Source: Bugula neritina
Taxonomy: Eukaryota > Animalia > Bryozoa
Assembly: GCA_964035545.1 (NCBI GenBank)
Contig: OZ037768.1
Location: forward strand, 24,213,319-24,277,318
DNA: 64,000 bases
Direction of reading: 5' to 3'
The notes beneath the pieces were generated by a model, which did no database searches, had not been told where the DNA came from, and saw nothing but the letters and a program-made list of their open reading frames with translations. This document shows, one piece after another, positions 37,523 through 49,500 of this stretch; within the stretch, counting starts at the first letter, position 1, and each line of letters begins with the position of its first letter. Position numbers and translations under genes: made by a program.

Positions 37523-40500
37523 TCAGTTGCTGACAAAGCTGTCCCTAGTAGAGCTGTCGCTGCTGAAAGCCGACACGCTGTTGAAGCAGTCAGCAGTGGT
37601 GGAGGGAAGTAAGGGGTTGAACTCATCCATGTGGATGTTTGAGGTGTCGGCTGAGTTGAGAGCCTCCTCCTTGTAATACTCGGGGTTAGCGTACGTCTGC
37701 GCGTGTCCCGTATACTTACTAGGATAGGGCGGCTCTTCTAAAACAATATAATGAGTTATTGGTCAAAGAGAGCTCCTCAAATATTACACAGAAATGTATG
37801 TAACAGACGGTAGCTGAGAACTGAGTACAACCAACTCGAATATCGATGGACTCAGGTAACCAACCAACTCAAACATCTCTTATATATTTTCACTACATAA
37901 TATGTTTAGATAGTGTGAGCTGATGGTAACACTGTGTGACCACCTTAATACCTTCCAGTACCTCATTTACTCAGTCGGTTGGGGTCAATACAAATACTAG
38001 TCAAACTGAATCACTGAGAGTTTGTAAAGCTGAGAGAATACGGAAATTTACCTGAATTCAGTGAGTGGAAAGCGTCTTGAGATCGTGATGTCATATAGCC
38101 GTTTTCATACACTGCGCTGTCGCCACCTGGAGCGTTGTGATTGGCTGAAGTCATTTCATAATAACTTGGTGGAGATTCTATACCTAGTAATACAGTAATA
38201 TAATATAGTAACATAATAATACAGTAATATAGTACAGTAATAAAACATAGTATAATAATATAATAGAGTAATACAGTAATATAATATAGTAACATAATAA
38301 TACAGTAATATAATATAGTAACATAATAATACAGTATAATCCCTAAAGCATACATAACACGCAGACGTGGCTATTCCACTATCAACATGGTTACAATTGC
38401 CTACAGAGCCAATCAAACAGCTACACACGCACACATAATATTTAGTAGAACGTCTGCACGAAAGCCAACCTGCTTCAACTTCCTGTATACAGAGTAAGCT
38501 ATTGGAAGATCTAAAGGGTTTGAGAGAGTTGCAGCTGTCAGCATTGTGTATAGCACCATTGTTTGCTGCCTTGTCATTATTAGCACCATCCATTACTTTC
38601 TCACTTCTACTCCTACCCAGAGAATGGCCGAGATCTCTCCCGCCACCAGGTGGAGCTCTAGTAGAAGCCAATGAGCTCTCACTCGCCATTGAGCCTTGCG
38701 ATATGAAGTCGTTGACGTAAGTATGGAGGGAGCCATTCTGTCTAGGGTACGTCTGCAATGTTAACTGATGAGTTACCTCTAAATAAATTAGTGAGGTGTG
38801 TATTCTATGACTGATATGACATCAGCACTGCCCGTGATAGTAGAAACAAACACTTCACATCAACATTACAACAAAAAACACAACACAACAAATAAATTCC
38901 CACCTCTGTAACAGGAAGCGAGGCAACTCCAAACTACTCACCATGTTGTTGATTACTGGCCTGGACTGAGCAACATGATTGTCATTGTGACGAGGAGGAC
39001 GACTGTATGCTACATGAGGTAGAGCTGGCCCGGGGTCAAGGTTGGCATACGTGACGTCTGTGAGAGCAGACGACAGACTGCGTTGGCTGCAGATGTGGAG
39101 GTAGTCGTCTGCAGTCATAATACGATCTAATCCGTCTGTTGAGAGGAGCTCAGAGTACTGGCACGTCTGCAAGTGAGAATCTTAGTGAGTACTTGTGACT
39201 AGTTAGTACTGAGACTAGTGAGTACTGTGACTAGTAAGTACTGAGACTAGTGAGTAGTGATTACTAGTTAATACTCTGACACATTACTAGTGAGTAGTGA
39301 TGACTAGTTAGTACTGAGACTAGTAACTAGTAGATAAAGTAGGAGCATACCATCAGTTCTCTGGTATCTACACTGGAAAGCGGGGTCCCCATCTCCGCGT
39401 CCCCTTCTATCATTAAGTAACGACTTGGATCTCGACTCATCTTAGTGAACTCGTCTGCAAGTTCGCTGAATGAAGGCCGGGAGTCTGCATCTATAACCCA
39501 GCCTGCAGGAGGACACAACTCAGTACAGCAGCTGCAGCAGCACTTTATCATATCTACTCACACTATATCATATCTACTTACACTTTATCATATCTACTCA
39601 CACTTTATCATATATCTACTCACACTTTATCATATCTACTTACACTTTATCATATCTACTCACACTTTATCATATCTACTCTCACTTTATCATATCTACT
39701 TACACTTTATCATATCTACTCTCACTTTATCATATCTACTCTCACTTTATCATATCTACTCTCACTTTATCATATCTACTCACACTTTATCATATCTACT
39801 CTCACTTTATCATATCTACTTACACTTTATCATATCTACTCTCACTTTATCATATACACTCTCACTTTATCATATCTACTTACACTTTATCATATCTACT
39901 CTCACTTTATCATATATACTCTCACTTTATCATATCTACTTACACTTTATCATATCTACTCTCACTTTATCATATCTACTCACACTTTATCATATCTACT
40001 CACACTTTATCATATCTACTCTCACACTTTATCATATCTACTCTCACTTTATCATATCTACTCACACTTTATCATATCTACTCACACTTTATCATAATCA
40101 TATACACGTCTATTGTACATATGCTGGGTTGGGGGAGTCGTTCCCCCTTCTCTAGCAACTCTGGCACCTCAATAGCCCGGTTATTCTCGTAGGGCTTCTG
40201 TCCGTAGGTAAACATCTCCCAGAGCGTGACGCCGTAAGACCAGACGTCTGTTTTATGAGTGAACTTCCTGCGCTGTATAGACTCGAGGGCCAGCCACTTG
40301 ATGGGCATCTGCAAGGTTATATGACTAGTACAGCGTAGGTCATGGGGATTAGTAACAGTATATAGTTTAGTAGTAGTATATACATATTCAGATAATATAT
40401 ATATAGTATATTATACTATACTATACTATACTACCTTTCCCCCTGCAGAGTGGTATTCACCAACGTTGCCGTCTAAAAGTTTAGCCAAACCAAAGTCTGT

Positions 40501-43500
40501 GATCTTAACTTGATTCTGACTCTTCACTGAAATAGATGACATGATTCAACATGACAAACAGCAGAAATGTATTTTACAATAGATGTAATATATAATAAAT
40601 ATAATATAGATGTAATATATTATAATAAATATAATAGAGAAAATATATAATATAGATATAATAAATATAACGGATACAATGTACACAGAAGACAGAAGGT
40701 TGAGAATGAAAGAGAGGCTCTTACCGAGAACGTTTCTAGCAGCCAGATCTCTGTGTACTACACCCTTACTCTCCAGGTAAACCATCCCCTGCAGGCAGCA
40801 ATCATAAATACATCAAATCATACAACATATATAGTATATTATACAACGTATAGTATATTATACAACGTATAGTATATTATACAACATATAGTATATTATA
40901 CAACATATAGTATAAAGTCAGTGCGCAGTGAAGTAGAAAGATTAATGTGATCACTAGACATACTAGAATGTTCTGAAGTTTTCACAGTCACTTCAAACAC
41001 TTGGCTGAGTTAATTTCTGGGTTCATCCAAACGTACAGCCTGTCCTTGCGGAACACATCTACACCTACTCTACACTTACCTTAGCTATTTGAGTGCACCA
41101 GTGCAGCATGACCCCGGAGCTGATGTTGTTCTTGTTGTCCTTGACATAGTCTAGGAGACAGCCGAGGGGCATGAGCTGCGTGATGAGCATCATCTGCTCG
41201 GTCATACACACAGCCACAATCCTCACGCAGTACGGGTGTTCGACTGACGCCATCACCCTGGCCTCTTCCAACAGTTCCTGTAACCAGTAGTAGCTAGTAT
41301 GTAGTAGTTAGTATGTAGTAGTTAGTATGTAGTAGTTAGTATGTAGTAGTTAGTATGTAGTAGTTAGTATTTAGTAGTTAGTATGTAGTAGGTAGTATTT
41401 AGTAGTTAGTATGTAGTAGTTAGTATGTAGTAGTTAGTGTGTAGTAGTTAGTGTGTAGTAGTTAGTATGTAGTAGTTAGTGTGTAGTAGTTAGTATGTAG
41501 TAGTTAGTGTATAGTAGTTAGTGTGTAGTAGTTAGTATGTAGTAGTTAGTATGTAGTAGTTAGTATGTAGTAGTTAGTGTATAGTAGTTAGTGTGTAGTA
41601 GTTAGCATGTAGTAGTTAGTATGTAGTAGTTAGTATGTAGTAGTTAGTATGTAGTAGTTAGTATGTAGTAGTTAGTGTGTAGTAGTTAGTGTGTAGTAGT
41701 TAGTATGTAGTAGTTAGTATGTAGTAGTTAGTATATAGTAGTTAGTATGTAGTAGTTAGTATATAGTAGGTAGTATGTAGTAGTTAGTGTATAGTAGTTA
41801 GTGTGTAGTAGTTAGCATGTAGTAGTTAGTATGTAGTAGTTAGTATGTAGTAGTTAGTATGTAGTAGTTAGTATGTAGTAGTTAGTATGTAGTAGTTAGT
41901 ATGTAGTAGTTAGTATGTAGTAGTTAGTATGTAGTAGTTAGTATGTAGTAGTTAGTATTTAGTAGTTAGTATGTAGTAGGTAGTATTTAGTAGTTAGTAT
42001 GTAGTAGTTAGTATGTAGTAGTTAGTGTGTAGTAGTTAGTGTGTAGTAGTTAGTATGTAGTAGTTAGTATGTAGTAGTTAGTATGTAGTAGTTAGTGTGT
42101 AGTAGTTAGTGTGTAGTAGTTAGTATGTAGTAGTTAGTGTGTAGTAGTTAGTATGTAGTAGTTAGTGTATAGTAGTTAGTGTGTAGTAGTTAGTATGTAG
42201 TAGTTAGTATGTAGTAGTTAGTATGTAGTAGTTAGTGTATAGTAGTTAGTGTGTAGTAGTTAGCATGTAGTAGTTAGTATGTAGTAGTTAGTATGTAGTA
42301 GTTAGTATGTAGTAGTTAGTATGTAGTAGTTAGTGTGTAGTAGTTAGTGTGTAGTAGTTAGTATGTAGTAGTTAGTATGTAGTAGTTAGTATATAGTAGT
42401 TAGTATGTAGTAGTTAGTATATAGTAGGTAGTATGTAGTAGTTAGTGTATAGTAGTTAGTGTGTAGTAGTTAGCATGTAGTAGTTAGTATGTAGTAGTTA
42501 GTATGTAGTAGTTAGTATGTAGTAGTTAGTATGTAGTAGTTAGTATGTAGTAGTTAGTATGTAGTAGTTAGTATGTAGTAGTTAGTATGTAGTAGTTAGT
42601 GTGTAGTAGTTAGTATGTAGTAGTTAGTATATAGTAGGTAGTATGTAGTAGTTAGTGTATAGTAGTTAGTGTGTAGTAGTTAGCATGTAGTAGTTAGTAT
42701 GTAGTAGTTAGTATGTAGTAGTTAGTATATAGTAGTTAGTATGTAGTAGTTAGTATATAGTAGGTAGTATGTAGTAGTTAGTGTATAGTAGTTAGTGTGT
42801 AGTAGTTAGCATGTAGTAGTTAGTATGTAGTAGTTAGTATGTAGTAGTTAGTATGTAGTAGTTAGTATGTAGTAGTTAGTATGTAGTAGTTAGTATATAG
42901 TAGTTAGTATGTAGTAGTTAGTATGTAGTAGTTAGTATGTAGTAGTTAGTAACTGGACGAACCTGATTCTGGACGGAGGTCCCATCTTGGAGAACTTTAA
43001 TGGCGACAGGAATCTTGAGGCGTTCCCCTTCGGGTAACCACACCCCCTTATAAACTGTACCAAACGCTCCTGAACCAAGAATTCCCCCTCTTCTCAGCTC
43101 CACCTCCTATGAATCATCACACGTGATTATACTCTGTATACTTTATACTATGTACTGTATACTCTGTACTGTATACTCTGTACTGTATACTCTGTACTGT
43201 ATACTCTGTACTGTATACTCTGCACTGTATACTCTGCACTGTATACTCTGCACTGTATACTCTGTACTGTGTACTCTGTACTGTATATTCTGTACTGTAT
43301 ACTCTGTACTGTATACTCTGCACTGTATACTCTGTACTGTATACTCTGTACTGTATACTCTGCACTGTATACTCTGCACTGTATACTCTGCACTGTATAC
43401 TCTGTACTGTGTACTCTGTACTGTATATTCTGTACTGTATACTCTGTACTGTATACTCTGTACTGTATACTCTGTACTATAAACTCTGCACTGTATACTC

Positions 43501-46500
43501 TGCACTGTATACTCTGCACTGTATACTCTGTATTATATACTAAGTACTGTATACTCTGTACTGTATACTATATACTGTATACTATGTACTGTATACTCTG
43601 TACTGTATACTATGTACTGTATACTCTGTACTGTATACTCTGTACTGTATACTATATACTGTATACTATATACTGTATACTCTGTACTGTATACTCTGTA
43701 CTGTATACTCTGTACTGTATACTCTGTACTGTATACTCTGTACTATATACTAAGTACTGTATACTCTGCACTGTATACTATATACTATGTACTGTATACT
43801 ATATACTGTATAGTGTATACTGTATACTATATACTGTATACTCTGTACTATAGACACTCATCTAGTACTCTGAACAGCTTATAGACTGAGCACCATCACA
43901 AGTTGAAACACGAACCTTTATAATGCGGAGCGTGCTCATATCAGGAGGGGCGGTGGACGGGTCGACAGGCTCGAGTCGGGAAGTGGCCTGAGACATCTGA
44001 GTCCATTTCCTTCTGTTTCTGGTGGTACAGCACCAGACGGCTAGTCCTAGAAAGCAAGATGATACCTGTGTCTATTATATAACATCTCACCTGTGTCTAT
44101 TATATAACATCTCACCTGTGTCTATTATATAACATCTCACCTGTGTCTATTATATAACATTTCACCTGTGTCTATTATATAACATCTCACCTGTGTCTAT
44201 TATATAACATCTCACCTGTGTCTATTATATAACATCTCACCTGTGTCTATTATATAACATCTCACCTGTGTCTATTATATAACATCTCACCTGTGTCTAT
44301 CATATAACATCTCACCTGTGTCTATCATATAACATCTCACCTGTGTCTATTATATAACATCTCACCTGTGCCTATTATATAACATCTCACCTGTGTCTAA
44401 TATATAACATCTCACCTGTTATTACCAAGGTGAATACTATGGCAGCAATGACACCGATAATGCTCTCGGTAGAAAGGATGCCACCTTTGATGGGAGCCTG
44501 AGGCCCACTCTCCTTGGAGGACACGCACAGAGAGTCCCTGTCTTCGTGGATGACCACAGGCTTGTGAGGGGGACACTCCTTCGCCTCCGTACAGTAGAAC
44601 TGCTGCCGCTGTCAAACCAAAATCATGTGAATATCCGTCTGCGAACTGACAGCAGACGTACAGAAGAGCAGACGTACAGTAGAGCAGACGTACAGAAGAG
44701 CAGACGTACAGAAGAGCAGACGTACAGAAGAGCAGACGTACAGTAGAGCAGACGTACAGAAGAGCAGACGTACAGAAGAGCAGGCGTACAGTAGAGCAGC
44801 AACATCAATATCCTTACTAAACGCACAGAATATAAACTCCACTTTCCACTCAGCACACAGAAAAGGGAATGTGTAATAAAAATTCAGATTTAGTGTTTTA
44901 ATGACCTTGAACTTGTGACCTACTGCTACTGCTTTCTGATTGCTAACTTCAAACATTATTCCCACAGAATATACCGGAATAAAACCCCGACTCTCATGGA
45001 CTCAAGCATATTGGGAAATATTCACAACATCTAGGAGTTCTCCTACTAGGAGAATGTATGGCCATTGGAATGTTTTAATTTAGTCAAACTGACTACACAG
45101 CTGAGATCAAGAAGTTGTCTTCTCAGACAAATGACTCACCGGTTTAGCTTGAGATTCTGTGGTACGCAGCACACCGTAAGCTGAGACGTTAACTGAAGCC
45201 CCTGCAGCAGTGGTGTGAGCTCCAAGAGAAACGGGGCTATAGGAAGTGACATCACTGGAGTAGGCTATCACACTGTCGTTGTAGACTTTGTAGTGAGCAC
45301 AGTTGTGACACTGCCACTGGCTGGGGCCTGTACAGTCCCACCTACAGTCACAAACAACTCAGTCACACACAGCATGACAGTTCAGTCACATGGAAACATC
45401 AGCTGTTAGACACAAACTAAGAGAACCTCCTCACTATATAGCTTAGAGTACCTGCAAGCACCGTGACAGCGGTGACACTGCTTGCTGCCCTCATCAGGGT
45501 AGTAGTCAGCGGCACAAGTCTCTACACACTCGCTGTCGCTCTTGTAGTGAGTGCACTTGAGGCAGTGGAAGTTGCCTTTCTCTTCGCACTCGGCACACAG
45601 CGGGTGACACCTCGTACACACCTGGTAATATAGTATACACACCTGGTAATATAGTACACACACCTGGTAATATAGTATACACACCTGGTAATATAGTGTA
45701 CACACCTGGTAATATAGTACACACACCTGGTAATATAGTATACACACCTGGTAATATAGTATACACTCCTGGTAACATAGTACACACACCTGGTAATATA
45801 GCAGGAAAAGGTGAGATACTGAGGTGGGTCGAGGTGAGATACTGAGGTGGGTTGAGGTAAGATACTCATGAACTTACGACAAAGTCTTTAAGAAAGCCGA
45901 GAGCGCCGCGAGCATTAGTGTTGGGGAAATAACCAGATGGGCAGCGATCCTTCTCGTCTAGACACTTAAGGATAGCATCCTCGTTGTCGTTGGCAACAGA
46001 CACCTGAAGTATATAACACGTCTGTATACAATACGTCTGTATGTAACACGTCTGTATATAACACGTCTGTATATAACACGTCTGTATATAATACGTCTAA
46101 ACGCACCTCACAGAAGTTGCATCCCCCTTCCCCTACAAAGTTCCCTGGCCCGGTACAGCCTCGCACACAGTTGGGGTGACACGGCTGACAGGTGCTGTTG
46201 CTGTCAGCGTACTTGAACTCCTGTGGGCACTCAGCCACGCAGTACGGACCGTCTCTGTAGTTCTTACACTCGTCGCAGTCCTTAGCGGTGGGTCCGTCGC
46301 AGGCCGACTCGCACTGCGGGTGGCAGGCGTGACACTCCTTATCCCCGGCAATGCTGAAGAGCAGACGACCACTGCAGTCACTCACACACTGGTCCTGGTA
46401 CTTGGAGTTGCGACAAGCTAGACACCGCGTGTTGCCCGGCCCCCAGCAGCCTTTCCTATTACACTCTCCGTCACATATCAGGTTCCTGGACTCTGCAAGG

Positions 46501-49500
46501 AGATGAAGTTGTGTCAGTATATGTGTCAGTATGTGTGTCAGTATATGTGTCAGTATGTGTGTCAGTATATGTATCAGTATATGTATCAGTATATGTATCA
46601 GTATATGTGTCAGTATATGTATCAGTATATGTGTCAGTATATGTGTCAGTATGTGTGTCAGTATATGTGTCAGTATATGTATCAGTATATGTATCAGTAT
46701 ATGTGTCAGTATATGTGTCAGTATATGTATCAGTATATGTATCAGCATATGTATCAGCATATGTATCAGCATATGTGTCAGTATGTGTATCAGTATATGT
46801 ATCAGTATATGTGTCAGTATATGTGTCACTACTCACTGCAGTAGACGCTGTCGTTGGCGTTGTCGACAATGTAACCGCTGCCGACAGGTTTGTCGTCCCT
46901 CAGCTTCTCCCACTTGATGGAGCCGACGTAACACAGAACCGGGTTGGACTTGATGATGACAAGAGTGGAACTTGAGACGTACCTGAGAGATGTGAGACCG
47001 AGGTACTCCAGGTGTGTGTTTGATCTAATATGAAGGGCCGCGTCGTACCTGCGACATCCAAACCATGTATAAAATGATGAGCTTAGGCTATAGCAGTTGT
47101 TAACAGAGTTAGTAAGCTGATGAGTAACCCAGGGCCATATTCTTACTTTATATTGTTGTGAGGACAACTCTCTTTGCATTAGTAAAGAATACACATACGC
47201 GAGGGACGACAACTCTTAAAATTAAGTGCATGTGTGCTAAGCATGTTTCTTGTAATATGTATATAGAGGCCGCATAGTCTGAGATCTTCAAGCTGTTCTA
47301 TAAGTGTAAGTACAAACCTGTCGGCAGTCCTCCCGAGTATCCTCTCCAGGTTAGAGAGAAACTCCAGGTTAGTGAAGTTTGGATTTGTCACTCCCGACAC
47401 CACCAAATACCCTGCTATATCCTTGATAGACTTGAGGACGTACAGTTGTTCGACGGACATCGGAGTTATGTTGCGTGCTGAATCCCTGAAAGATACAAGC
47501 AGACGCTACTAGGAGATACAAGCAGACGTTACTACGATATACAAGCAGACGTTACTACGATATACAAGCAGACGTTACTACTAGATACAAGCAGACGTTA
47601 CTACAAGATACAAGCAGACGTTACTAGGAGATACTGATGTACAGAAAATAAACACCTTACCCAGTGAACGTAGACTGAGTGATAACGATATGCCCGGACA
47701 CGGTGGTGCAGCCGTCTAGCTCGTGGATGTTGGCGGAGTTCACGTAGTCAACATCAGGAATCCAGTTTATGGAACAACCTAGAAATACAATCTGATGTGA
47801 AAATAGTGGCTGAGTATACATTCGCTGAGGTGATTTTGTGGAAACTAAACAAGAAAGACAATTCCTAAACACTAAACTCTATTCAGTTATGCATCATTAC
47901 ATTGAATAAATTAGTGATTTCACACTAACATTGGGGACACAATACCATGCGGATAAAGGTTGCATACTAACATTGGGGACACAATACCATGCGGATAAAG
48001 GTTGCACACTAACATTGGGGACACAATACCATGCGGATAAAGGTTGCATACTAACTTTTGGGACATGGTCCAGAGCAGGCCTCGCAACTCGTCTGAAGGC
48101 TATTGGACTGGTAGCCGTCGGGGCAGGTCTTGACGCAACCTCCTTTGTGTTCCAGAAACATCTCTACAGAACACAGGTTATAACACAACTACATTACATA
48201 CACCACAACCTTGTCCTGCGGAATGTTCTGCGACTTTCTATACCAGCAGACAGCCGGACACTGAATCTACACACAGCTATGTACACGTGAAAAGTAAGTT
48301 ACGCAGCATTAATCTAAATACAATGAAATATTATCTGAACTCACGGGGACATTTCTCTGTGCACAGCTTGCCGTAAGCGTATTTCCTGTCCGGGTTGAGC
48401 ACCCACTTGAAGTTGGTGTTGTCATATATCATCTGAGGGGGGCAAAATGCGTCGCAACCCCCGTCGTTGTAGAAGTGTTTACACCCCTGGATAACAGTCA
48501 ATAGAGTATATAATATAGAGTATAGAGTATATAATGTAGAGTACAGAGTATAATAGAGTATAGTTGAGGTATAATCACCATGTAGCCAGAATTCCAATAC
48601 TTACCCAACAGTCTGTCTTTGAGGGGCCGTCACAGCCGCCCGCACACTCTGCGTGGCAGCACTTGTTAGACTGAGATCCAAAGCACCGGTCACCCCCGCA
48701 CTGCTCCGCACACGTCACTTTGTTCATCTGCTGACAGTTTTTGGGCCCCGGACCCCAGCAGTACTTGTTTCTCTTACCGTGGATGTCCTTTGTACACAGC
48801 TCGTGACACCCTGGTTGGCCTGGCAACGAGTAAACAAACACTGAACTAGTAGCCCACAGGCTAACACTAAACTAGTAGTCCACAGGCTAAGACTGGAAAC
48901 AAGGTTTATGAATAAGTCAAAGGTTTGTTGCTATTGGATAGCCCCAAGGAGATCAACCAATCAGAGCACACTTTGTGATAGAGTAGCAGAAGGCAATGAC
49001 TCACAGGGTTTAACGTCTGCAACAAAGTCCTTGTTGAATCTGACATGTTGAAGCACGCCGTCTGCTAGAATGTCAAACCAGTAGATGTTGGTGGTGGCAT
49101 AACACAGCAGGTTGTTGTTCTCAAACAGAACATCGCCCGAAGAGATCTCTGTAACATGACAGGAAACCCTGACTCAATATTTTATGTAACTTCAGCTATA
49201 ATACGAATTAAATGCGGTTCGAATCTAATAAAGTGAATGAACAAACTGGTAGCTTTCTTGAAATTAAATACATAATAATACAATGTAAATTAATACATAA
49301 TATAATACAATATAATACATAATATAATGCATAATAGAGTTTAATGAAATATATAATAATACAATATAATATTGCATAATGTAATACAAACAACGGACCT
49401 GTGAGTTTAGTGAGACCGAGTAGCCTTAGGCCAATGCTAGGAGACATGTAGTTGTGGGACACAAACAGGGCGTAGCCGTTAGACTGAGGGGTAGAGGAGA

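Noticed and set aside
41287-42950. Telomere-like repeat
   Set aside because: The 14-bp unit is not TTAGG/TTAGGG and is bounded by functional splice sites of a kinase intron.
43117-43884. Long repetitive ORFs ([11 protein letters not shown] etc.; also 24902-25347, 39445-40155, 46471-46975, 50426-51061)
   Set aside because: Translations of intronic minisatellites lacking stops by chance; open in several frames and strands.
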